54,387 nt of DNA from a virus (IMGVR_UViG_3300028610_002189:1-54387), one strand, 5' to 3'; shown: positions 9,165 through 17,001, counted from the stretch's first letter. The notes: generated by a model not told the origin, from the letters alone. Translations and numbers: made by a program.

Positions 9165-9497
9165 TTAATAACCTCTTTGTAGAAACATTTCTTTTCTTCT
9201 TTTTGTTAATTCTATCTTTATTAAGTACTCTTTGGGCCATTCAGACTCAACAAGGTACTCTCTACATACCTCTACTACTCTTTTGAGGGGTAAGTATGAA
9301 TATTTGACTTGGAGTCCTTGAGCGAGTATTTTAGCCTTCTGATCACGCATTTCCTCTATCACCGCTAACTTAAACTCATATGGAAATATTTCTTCTCCTT
9401 CTTTTGCCCTGACTATATCTTTATCTATTGTTTCTCTTGTCCTATGTATGAATGTGCCAAACAAAGTGCATTGTTCTCTTACTCTTTGCCAATTCAT
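9165..9497 (-). CDS. Hypothetical protein
   Basis: AAGGAGG SD. Confidence 0.6.
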   Translation of the reverse strand: MNWQRVREQCTLFGTFIHRTRETIDKDIVRAKEGEEIFPYEFKLAVIEEMRDQKAKILAQGLQVKYSYLPLKRVVEVCREYLVESEWPKEYLIKIELTKRRKEMFLQRGY

Positions 9498-9509
9498 TTA
9501 ATACCTCCT

Positions 9510-10100
9510 TGGCTATTGTTTGGTAGAAGTGGTTATTGCCCTTTGCCCTACATATATGCAGTTTATATGCCATGTATATACATAGAGTTTACATTTGTAA
9601 GTTGCTGTATATATAACATAAAATAATATCTATTTATACATATGTCTTTAGATGTTAGTAAAAGTGTGTTGTTTTATATACATGAGTGTGTTAATAATAA
9701 CACAAGAGGTTTATAAGTTGTTGTATATACAAGGTTTAGAGGCAGGTGTGTATATACACAGACTATATCAAAATATACACAGTCTATAGAGGTATTGTAA
9801 GGGTTAAAACAGGGTATAAGGTTGTTAATAAAGGGAAGTGTTATGGATATGTTTCTGTTGGAGATATATATCTATCTCTTTTTGATACACTAATGGGGCG
9901 TAGTCTTGTTAGAGGTGGAAGTATATCTATGTGGGGGAGATTCTACAAAGTAGCTCATACGTCAGGATCTGCGTGTACGAAGTAGAAACATATCTAGAAG
10001 CTCCCTATGAGCGGAGCAGACCAGTAGGGCGTAGTCAGTTTTTGAGGTTAAGTGCTATCTAGAGGTTATAATCTTATAGAGTTATTTTATGTTAATCTAT
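9510..10100. other. Long non-coding region rich in short palindromes (candidate regulatory hub or origin)
   Basis: No credible ORF; TGTATATACA x3, TAGAA-N4-TTCTA variants, GGGCGTAGTC x2. Confidence 0.45.
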
Positions 10101-10102
10101 AT

Positions 10103-10633
10103 CTACGCTGTTGCTACAGCTACCTTAGTTTTAGAACCCTTCTTAGTCTTACGAGTTCTTATTTCAGCTTTGAGTGCTTTTTCTTCTTTAGCAATCTTAG
10201 CCTTTTTAGATTTCATGTTCTTAAGCTTGTCTTTTGTAGTTTTCTTAGCTATCTTAGTCTTACTCCAACAAGGAGCTTTTTCTGTACCATATACGTCTTT
10301 TGAAAAATCATACATGGTCTTCTTACTTTTAATACGAGCAAGAATAGCTTTCTTCAGCACAACTATGGGTATATCAAACTGAAGCCATGTCATATGGAAG
10401 GCTTGTGCTGCTTTCTTACCATACTTCGTAGCTTCTTTTGGTAATGCATCTACCGGCATGGTAATCTTCACAAGACCAGTAGATCCTTTCTTGCTAATTC
10501 CAACTTGTACTTCTTTAGTCTTTGAATTAACAAGTTGATTCCCATCTCTTGCAAGATGATGTGTTTTGACATTAGCTTTGGCTATCTCTGATAATAACTT
10601 TGCTGCTCTTCTTCTTGCTTCTTTCTGATTCAT
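10103..10633 (-). CDS. Basic Lys/Ala-rich histone-like protein, paralogue 2
   Basis: Very similar to C-terminal 180 aa of 12547-13380; K/A-rich tail. Confidence 0.7.
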   Translation of the reverse strand: MNQKEARRRAAKLLSEIAKANVKTHHLARDGNQLVNSKTKEVQVGISKKGSTGLVKITMPVDALPKEATKYGKKAAQAFHMTWLQFDIPIVVLKKAILARIKSKKTMYDFSKDVYGTEKAPCWSKTKIAKKTTKDKLKNMKSKKAKIAKEEKALKAEIRTRKTKKGSKTKVAVATA

Positions 10634-10634
10634 G

Positions 10635-10961
10635 TTACCTCCCTAGCATTTTTCTAATAAGATTATTGAATCTTGGACCTCTATCATAACCACAACGGCT
10701 ATGATAATCACATTTCATACCAGTACTAGCATCAAGATAATGCATAATGTCTTGATCAAACTGGTCTAGTACTTCATGTTCTTCTTTTACAAAGGGTCTG
10801 CTTTTAGGTTTAGATTCTTGACATCTTACATCTCCAGTCTTTAATACTATCCAATATAGTGTCCTCTTATCTTTTTTAGGAAAATGCACCTCCCATTCTT
10901 CTGTATCTAATAATTCCTCTGCATCCATTGTTTCAAAATTAAAAACTTTAGCTTTATTCAT
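10635..10961 (-). CDS. Hypothetical protein
   Basis: AAGGAG SD right after pseudoknot copy A. Confidence 0.6.
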   Translation of the reverse strand: MNKAKVFNFETMDAEELLDTEEWEVHFPKKDKRTLYWIVLKTGDVRCQESKPKSRPFVKEEHEVLDQFDQDIMHYLDASTGMKCDYHSRCGYDRGPRFNNLIRKMLGR

Positions 10962-10972
10962 TTATCTCCTTT

Positions 10973-10999
10973 TAGGTAGTTTAATGACATACCTAGGTC
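10973..10999 (-). ncRNA. Predicted cis-acting H-type pseudoknot, copy A
   Basis: GAC-C-UAGGUA-U-GUC-AUUAAAC-UACCUA. Confidence 0.7.
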
Positions 11000-11006
11000 T
11001 TTGAGG

Positions 11007-11345
11007 TTAGATGTTTATAACAAACGTATCATTATACTTTACAATCTCATGTCTTTCACCTGTTGACCAGTAAATATGTTCTTCACATATTCCAGTTGGG
11101 TTCTTATCTTTTGAGCATTGTACATATAATGTTGTCCATCCTATGCTGTCAAAATGTGATATGTTTACCATAGCTACACATATTTGACAAAGTTCGTTAA
11201 CTTTATCTTCCCAACCTGAATAGATCTTATTAGTTAAAGGATTAGAGAATATATTATGCAGTATACTACACATCTCTTCTTCGTCGTCAGCAGTTTCTAT
11301 CGTTACTTCTGTTTCATCATCAAGATTAAATGTTCCCACTTTCAT
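11007..11345 (-). CDS. Hypothetical protein
   Basis: ORF; AAGGAG just upstream. Confidence 0.6.
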   Translation of the reverse strand: MKVGTFNLDDETEVTIETADDEEEMCSILHNIFSNPLTNKIYSGWEDKVNELCQICVAMVNISHFDSIGWTTLYVQCSKDKNPTGICEEHIYWSTGERHEIVKYNDTFVINI

Positions 11346-11380
11346 CTCCTTTCTTCATCAAATAACAGAATTGTTTTATT

Positions 11381-11407
11381 TGAGCAGTTTAATGTCTTGC
11401 CCAGGAC
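11381..11407 (-). ncRNA. Predicted cis-acting H-type pseudoknot, copy B
   Basis: GUC-C-UGGGCA-A-GAC-AUUAAAC-UGCUCA. Confidence 0.7.
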
Positions 11408-11414
11408 TCTAAGG

Positions 11415-11705
11415 TTAACTTACTTCGTCAAGCAATACTTCAGCTTTCTTTAACAAGTTAGGAAGTTTCTTACTTATTTTCTTGAAATCTTCGCCTATAA
11501 GCCTTGGCATCTTTGAGGTTGTAATAGTGTCTTTAGAGTTTTCAGCACCGTACTTTGTTTGCTCAATGTTTATTGCAACCTTTGGCATACCATTTCCATA
11601 TTTCATTATTCTTACAACTATAGCTTGAAACTGTTGACCATCATCAACTAACACTATCTTGCCTACTTTCTTTAACTCCTTGTCTTTTTTGCTACTGTAA
11701 GCCAT
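11415..11705 (-). CDS. Putative PC4-like (whirly-type fold) nucleic-acid-binding protein
   Basis: MAY...D.EL...V.I.KY.NG.PK..I.......K.PRL..E pattern resembles small PC4-like proteins; from memory, not searched. Confidence 0.4.
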   Translation of the reverse strand: MAYSSKKDKELKKVGKIVLVDDGQQFQAIVVRIMKYGNGMPKVAINIEQTKYGAENSKDTITTSKMPRLIGEDFKKISKKLPNLLKKAEVLLDEVS

Positions 11706-11717
11706 GTTATTTACCTC

Positions 11718-11957
11718 CTAATATTTAAGGGTACGGTTATCTATATTTTTATCGGCGAGTATAAATCCTATTTCACTACGAACTTTTCTTAGTTTTTCAC
11801 AGATTGTCTTATATTTCTTCTGTAAACTATGAGTTTTGTGTATTAGATGTACAGGTCTACATACTATGCTGTTGTAGACTTTTTGTGCTTGGCATCTTAA
11901 ACTTCTAGCTTTCCTACATAAGTCATCTAATTTTGCTCTTACATTATTTTTATTCAT
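11718..11957 (-). CDS. Basic coiled-coil hypothetical protein
   Basis: AAGGAG SD right after pseudoknot copy C. Confidence 0.55.
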   Translation of the reverse strand: MNKNNVRAKLDDLCRKARSLRCQAQKVYNSIVCRPVHLIHKTHSLQKKYKTICEKLRKVRSEIGFILADKNIDNRTLKY

Positions 11958-11968
11958 ACTTTCTCCTT

Positions 11969-11995
11969 TAGGCAGTTTAGTGTCTTACCCAGGAC
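11969..11995 (-). ncRNA. Predicted cis-acting H-type pseudoknot, copy C
   Basis: GUC-C-UGGGUA-A-GAC-ACUAAAC-UGCCUA. Confidence 0.7.
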
Positions 11996-12002
11996 TCTAA
12001 GG

Positions 12003-12290
12003 TTAGGCTACTTCATTAGGCCAAGTGCATATGCAATAATAATTCTTTTTTACTTCAGGATTATGAGGTATTGGACTTTGAAACACTATCTTATTACTGA
12101 AATTACATTTATAGTCACCTGCTGGATCCAGTTTGTCTATTGTCCTACAACTCATTGGAATTCCATCTTCTATTTCTCTTGGGTCTTCAGCCATTATAGG
12201 ACAGTGCCAGTCATCTTTTGGAATGTGCCTTATTTCGCTATTATGTGTTTCCATTAATACATGAACATATCTAAACTCGCCATATTTCAT
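12003..12290 (-). CDS. Cys-containing hypothetical protein
   Basis: AAGGAGG SD. Confidence 0.6.
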   Translation of the reverse strand: MKYGEFRYVHVLMETHNSEIRHIPKDDWHCPIMAEDPREIEDGIPMSCRTIDKLDPAGDYKCNFSNKIVFQSPIPHNPEVKKNYYCICTWPNEVA

Positions 12291-12493
12291 AATTCCTCCT
12301 TTTGTAGTTCAGTCTCTCTAAATTCATGAAAAGAAGTTTGGACAACTGGAATCTCTTCTCTATATTCACATTCTGGTACTAAACAAACTAACATTACTCT
12401 TACTGCGACTCCATAACGGATAGCAGTCCCTTTTACAACTACATTTTCTTCATCACATTTTTTGCACCTAATTGTGAATCCATCTATTTTCAT
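12287..12493 (-). CDS. Zn-ribbon hypothetical protein
   Basis: CKKC...CLVPEC; AAGGAGG SD. Confidence 0.6.
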   Translation of the reverse strand: MKIDGFTIRCKKCDEENVVVKGTAIRYGVAVRVMLVCLVPECEYREEIPVVQTSFHEFRETELQKEEL

Positions 12494-12515
12494 AATTCCT
12501 CCTTTTGTGGGTTAA

Positions 12516-12536
12516 GGGGGAGCATTTAACTCCCCC
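12516..12536 (-). terminator. GC-rich hairpin after histone-like paralogue 3
   Basis: GGGGGAG-N7-CTCCCCC; weak U tract. Confidence 0.5.
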
Positions 12537-12546
12537 CATAGATTAA

Positions 12547-13380
12547 CTAGACAGTCGCTGGAGCTGTTTTTATACCTTTAACTACCTTTGCACCTTTTTT
12601 GGCTTTACGGTTCTTGATTTCGGCTTTAAGTGCTTTCTCCTCATCAGCAATTTTAGCCCTCTTGGTTTTTATATCTTTAAGCTTATCCTCTACACTTTTC
12701 TTGACTGAACTTACCTTATTCCAGCAAGGAGCGTCTTTTGTACCGTATACATCCTCTGCAAATTCGTACATTGTTTTATTATTTTTGATTCTTGCAAGAA
12801 TAGCTTTCTTAAGGCTATTTCTTGAAATGTCGAACTGCAACCATGTCATATGGAAAGCTTGTGCTGCTTTCTTACCATGTTCTGCTACTTCTCTAGGAAG
12901 CACTCCTAATGGCATGGTAACTTTGACAAGTCCAGTACCGCCTTTCTTAGAAATGCCTACCTGAACCTCTCCAGTCTTGCTGTTAATTAACCAGTTTCCA
13001 TCTCTTCCAATGTGATGAGTCTTAGCATTAGCTTTGGCAACCTCTGCTAACACTTCTTTAGCCATTTTACGGGCCTTAGTGTGATTCATGTTTTCCTCCT
13101 TTTTGGATGATTTGGTGTTAATTTTAGCAGGTTTTGTGCTATTTGCAACCTTTTTGGTTGAGGTTTCTACATTTTTGACCTTCTTTGCTTGCTTTCGCAC
13201 ACCTTTTAAGGCTTTTCGTGGTTTTGGACTCTTTCGGTCGTCAATAATAACAACTTCTCCGGCTTTGTTCAATATTTCATTCTTTTCCACAATGTTTCCT
13301 CCTTTTTCGTTGTTTTTAGCTGTTTTTTCCTCTTTTTCATTAACCTTCTCCAACTTGCTTCTTAGTGCATTTAAGCTCAT
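12547..13380 (-). CDS. Basic Lys/Ala-rich histone-like protein, paralogue 3, with N-terminal extension and internal starts
   Basis: KKAAQAFHMTWLQFDI motif identical to 10103 ORF; in-frame SD+start at about 13290 (GTG) and 13089 (ATG). Confidence 0.7.
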   Translation of the reverse strand: MSLNALRSKLEKVNEKEEKTAKNNEKGGNIVEKNEILNKAGEVVIIDDRKSPKPRKALKGVRKQAKKVKNVETSTKKVANSTKPAKINTKSSKKEENMNHTKARKMAKEVLAEVAKANAKTHHIGRDGNWLINSKTGEVQVGISKKGGTGLVKVTMPLGVLPREVAEHGKKAAQAFHMTWLQFDISRNSLKKAILARIKNNKTMYEFAEDVYGTKDAPCWNKVSSVKKSVEDKLKDIKTKRAKIADEEKALKAEIKNRKAKKGAKVVKGIKTAPATV

Positions 13381-13391
13381 ATTCCTCCTTT

Positions 13392-13418
13392 TAGGTAGTT
13401 TAATGACATACCCAGGTC
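13392..13418 (-). ncRNA. Predicted cis-acting H-type pseudoknot, copy D
   Basis: GAC-C-UGGGUA-U-GUC-AUUAAAC-UACCUA. Confidence 0.7.
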
Positions 13419-13425
13419 TTTAAGA

Positions 13426-13689
13426 TTAGATTACTTTATATCTACAGAATACTGTGTTAATTTCAAATCCACAACAATTTGGACATAAGCCATGATCATC
13501 ATGTAGTTCATCTATAAACATACATGGTCGTGCTCCTCCATCTTCACCAGCCATAGGACACTCTTCAGCAGAGATAGAAGCTCCATTTGGATTAGATAGG
13601 TTAAGTTTCTCTTTTTCACCTGGGGATAATATTCCTTCTCCCATATGTCCAATCCAAACTTTTATTTTAAACTGTTTCATTAAGCTCAT
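13426..13689 (-). CDS. Cys-rich hypothetical protein
   Basis: GGGAGG SD before MSLMKQ; CP...C...CPNCC..C. Confidence 0.55.
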   Translation of the reverse strand: MSLMKQFKIKVWIGHMGEGILSPGEKEKLNLSNPNGASISAEECPMAGEDGGARPCMFIDELHDDHGLCPNCCGFEINTVFCRYKVI

Positions 13690-13690
13690 A

Positions 13691-14032
13691 TTACCTCCCT
13701 TTCCAAAAGTATTCATAACAATTAACACGCTTTCCACTAAGAGGCAGTGTTACCCATGTTCTCTTAGCTGCGTTAGCCAACACACCATCACCTCCTTTTC
13801 TGTTATAACTTATAGACTTAGATTTTCTTGGTGCTTTGTATGGCATGAATTTCAAGTGACTACACGAGCGTCTGTAAGAATATCCCTTACAGTTGCAATT
13901 CCATGCCGTTTCCACCCATCTAAGTTCATAAGCATCTCTCTTAGCTTTCCATTCAGGCCAACATAATACAAGATCCTTAGTATCTTTCTTGTAGCAATAT
14001 CTACCCTTATTAGGTATCAGTATTACCTTCAC
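13691..14032 (-). CDS. SWIM zinc-finger protein
   Basis: WNCNCKGYSYRRSCSHL matches CxC-x(n)-CxH SWIM signature. Confidence 0.7.
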   Translation of the reverse strand: MKVILIPNKGRYCYKKDTKDLVLCWPEWKAKRDAYELRWVETAWNCNCKGYSYRRSCSHLKFMPYKAPRKSKSISYNRKGGDGVLANAAKRTWVTLPLSGKRVNCYEYFWKGR

Positions 14033-14241
14033 ACCCTAGTCTCCAAAACTTCGAATATCATTCTAGGTGGTATATCATATACCTCATTACTAATAATCAC
14101 TCTAAAACCATACTTTTTAGTCAGGTGTATTTTTAGATGTGGTACTAATATTGCACAACTCTTTGGCTTGGTTTCACAAATACCAAGCAGACATATGCAT
14201 CTTCTACCTCTTTGTTTTTTGTGGTATGTTCTTACTAACAA
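14029..14241 (-). CDS. Hypothetical protein
   Basis: GGAGGTGAT SD before TTG. Confidence 0.5.
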   Translation of the reverse strand: MLVRTYHKKQRGRRCICLLGICETKPKSCAILVPHLKIHLTKKYGFRVIISNEVYDIPPRMIFEVLETRV

Positions 14242-14381
14242 TAGATATCACCTCCCATCTATAATGTTTCATATACGCAATATGCCATTATCTTAGCTAC
14301 AACTAATACAAATCCCATTACTTCTACTGGAAATAATGGAGCTCCTACAATTAGACCTTTGTAGTTAACAACTATCATTGT

Positions 14382-14591
14382 TTATTTCACCTCCTCACCT
14401 TCATAAAATTTCTCTGTTACTAAATAAGGATATCCCGGCTCTATTTGATAATCTTCAGGGTCTGCAATTTCCATTCCATATACAATCATATGTTCATTAC
14501 TATTATGTTCAAACGAATACACTGTTGCAGTTTTGTCTTTAAGCTCTTCAGGTAATTGGTTTATTTGCTCTGCTAATTCTCTAAATGTCAT
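14382..14591 (-). CDS. Hypothetical protein (MTFRELAEQIN.L type)
   Basis: GGAGGTG SD. Confidence 0.6.
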   Translation of the reverse strand: MTFRELAEQINQLPEELKDKTATVYSFEHNSNEHMIVYGMEIADPEDYQIEPGYPYLVTEKFYEGEEVK

Positions 14592-14867
14592 TTACTTCAC
14601 CTCCTCTGTACCTATGAACTCTTTTGCCTTTCTAAAGCTCCAAAGTTCTGGCTGAAGAATCGTACTCTTATCTTTCCAACCTCCAGGATTGTTAACATTG
14701 AACCATACCATTCTACCACGCTTGCTATCTTCAGTGATATCAAGTAGGATCAACATATCCTTTTCTACCTTATGCCTCTTGGCTGCTAAAGCTCGCATGT
14801 TGTCAATAAACCCACTCAATTCAGCTTCAGCAGACTCAAGCACTGCTATTTTGTCTGCTATTGTCAT
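14592..14867 (-). CDS. Hypothetical protein
   Basis: Coupled (ATGA overlap) to upstream small ORF. Confidence 0.55.
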   Translation of the reverse strand: MTIADKIAVLESAEAELSGFIDNMRALAAKRHKVEKDMLILLDITEDSKRGRMVWFNVNNPGGWKDKSTILQPELWSFRKAKEFIGTEEVK

Positions 14868-15022
14868 TCAACTTGCTTGTAGTGCCTCCATGTTATTCCA
14901 AGTTTGTTACACAATCGTCTACGACCAGATCGCCCTAGTCCAGACAACATCATGTTTTTAATAGCTTCTTCTATGTTTTCAAAGTAGTCTGGTACGACCG
15001 ATTGTACAGGCTTTTTCTTCAT
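14864..15022 (-). CDS. 52-aa hypothetical protein (not in ORF track)
   Basis: GAGGAGG SD; MKKKPVQSVV...LCNKLGITWRHYKQVE. Confidence 0.5.
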   Translation of the reverse strand: MKKKPVQSVVPDYFENIEEAIKNMMLSGLGRSGRRRLCNKLGITWRHYKQVE

Positions 15023-15034
15023 ATACGCCTCCTC

Positions 15035-15271
15035 TTAGTTGTTGTTGAATTTGTTAGCTAGCATACGAACACAATTATTCATCGTGCTTTTCTTCCTAAT
15101 ACCTACAATGGCATTAGGTGATACATAAAAGACCTTATTGTTCTTAAGGACTCTTACTGTTACTGTATTCTTACATATACCCATGACTTCAGCAACCATA
15201 GAACCCTTGCGAGTTCCATCATTGAAGTGTGTCAAATGAGTATATACTGTATACCCACGTTTTACTAACAT
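15035..15271 (-). CDS. Small beta-rich (SH3/Sm-like?) hypothetical protein
   Basis: AAGGAG SD; alternating beta pattern VAEVMGI..TVTVRV...VFYVSPNAI. Confidence 0.5.
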   Translation of the reverse strand: MLVKRGYTVYTHLTHFNDGTRKGSMVAEVMGICKNTVTVRVLKNNKVFYVSPNAIVGIRKKSTMNNCVRMLANKFNNN

Positions 15272-15347
15272 AGTCTTTCTCCTTTTGTTAAGTGTTAGAT
15301 TCCAAGTTACAAACCAACAGGACTATAGCATATTATTATCACCTCCC

Positions 15348-15563
15348 TTATATTGTTCTAACCCTAATGGTATTCTTACTAATACGCCTACCACACACAA
15401 TTCTAGACATACCTATTATTGGCTTACACGCACCTACAAGTTTGCTGTTCTTAGTCATAGCTAAAGTAACACAAGCTTTCTGGTTTGTGCTACCAGCTTT
15501 CAGCTTACGCCTATAGTCTTTTAGTACCTCTTTCCAATGTTTACCATTTGCCATAGTTCTCAC
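15348..15563 (-). CDS. Basic hypothetical protein
   Basis: GGAGGTG SD favours MANGK start at 15554. Confidence 0.5.
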   Translation of the reverse strand: MRTMANGKHWKEVLKDYRRKLKAGSTNQKACVTLAMTKNSKLVGACKPIIGMSRIVCGRRISKNTIRVRTI

Positions 15564-16360
15564 CTCCTAATTAGGTTATTAGATATGAAATAACGATTGA
15601 TGCTATAACACTGATAGCCAACAATACAGCTTCTGATGTTTTCATTATGTCCTTTCTATAATGTATGCACATGCACATACATACTCTTAAGGTTAACTTG
15701 CAACAGGTAGCCTCTGCAATAAAAGGCTGTGCAACCATACTTCAACAACGCCTTAAGTTTCTCAACTAACATGCTATCACCTCCTTTATAACTATCTATT
15801 AAAGGTTTTGTAGTTTGTTAACAAGTCAACATATCTTAACTATGCATATGTACAAATATAAACACCCTACCCCTACTTGCCATAAGCAATTGATATACAC
15901 ACATAAGCTCCCCTCATCTAGAATGAGAAATAAAATTTAGAGGTAAAAAAAATGTATATACAAAAGAATTATATCAAGAAGGGAATTAAGAATATAGGTA
16001 TGGCCTTACATAGCCTATATATGCGGCTACGGCTGTTGGAAATAGAAAATTATTGTTGTTTTTGGGAGAGATGTTAAATTAGATTAGGATATGTAGGTGA
16101 TGATGGGGGTTTCGATATGTAAGAGGTATATCAGAAAAAAAAATAGGCATCTATTGGGGGGTTATGTTAAAGAACATGTATATTACTATCACAGCTATTA
16201 CTTGACAACATGCCATTATAAGTATAAGAAATCTAAAGGAGTAGTTATACCTATAAAGAAAGTAATTACCTACTATCACCCCTGTTATTGTTGCGAAGAG
16301 AAATTGCATTGTTTTTCCTCCCTATTTTGCTATTATGTAAATGGGTTGACAACTACGAGA

Positions 16361-16567
16361 TCATGCATTTGTTGGATGGCGTTTATAATACTCACTTGTG
16401 ATAAAATCTACATTGCTAAGACCTGTTAAAGAGAATTTATCTAATGCTTCTTTGCTAATAGCAACTACTATACCATTCTTAAGGAATTCTATATCCTCTA
16501 GTCTCTCTCTGTTAATTTTACTTAATTCTTCTCTGAGCCATAATATACGCTCTATTGATACTCTCAT
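16361..16567 (-). CDS. Hypothetical protein
   Basis: ORF; AAGGAG upstream. Confidence 0.55.
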   Translation of the reverse strand: MRVSIERILWLREELSKINRERLEDIEFLKNGIVVAISKEALDKFSLTGLSNVDFITSEYYKRHPTNA

Positions 16568-16785
16568 TGTCTCTCTTTTCTCCTTTTATTTATTTATCTT
16601 AAGACCTATATTTCTTTGTTTTAAGATATATTTATAATTTGGATAATACCAGGTACATGCACATTTGTCACAAGATCCTTCATTGGCAAAATGATCTTCG
16701 GGATAATGACCACAATCACATTTAACTCTTGAGTATTTTTTGTTCATATGTTTATCTTCTCACTTTGTTTTATATTGTTTAACTG

Positions 16786-17001
16786 TTATGCAAATGGTTC
16801 AATAATTTCAAGTTCAAAACCAGTAATATCTGATAACGCCTCTGATAATGTCTTAGCCCACTTTTCAACACTGTCATTAGAAAAAGATAGTGCTTGTGCT
16901 TTATCAGCTTCTGATACCCATGATACATAACATGCGCCTTTTAATTCATGAATATACCATCTTGGATGAGTTTTGGTTCGCAACCAAAAGAATTTCTCCA
17001 T
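16786..17001 (-). CDS. Hypothetical protein
   Basis: AGGAGG SD. Confidence 0.6.
   Translation of the reverse strand: MEKFFWLRTKTHPRWYIHELKGACYVSWVSEADKAQALSFSNDSVEKWAKTLSEALSDITGFELEIIEPFA

Larger units (their letters stand above)
8258..9996. promoter_or_regulatory. Cluster of 14-bp palindromic motifs TAGAA-N4-TTCTA
   Basis: Copies at 8258, 8283, 8304, 8362, 8686, 8916, 9180, 9983; degenerate copies at 9844, 9861, 9916. Confidence 0.6.

Noticed and set aside
10042-10052. TAACCTCAAA matching the leader of pseudoknot copy A
   Set aside because: Not followed by the S1/S2 pairing elements, so it is not a fifth copy.
10973-13428. Four ~37-bp repeats as a CRISPR array
   Set aside because: Intervals are 400-1400 bp of intact genes, the repeats covary like structured RNA, and no cas operon is present.
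10962-13428. Stop + spacer + pseudoknot as a stop-codon readthrough signal
   Set aside because: Readthrough hits another in-frame stop in every copy (two codons later in B, C and D; just before the next ATG in A).
15570-16360. tRNA or known ncRNA in the non-coding gaps
   Set aside because: No cloverleaf or T-loop signature found by eye; tRNAscan/Infernal not run.
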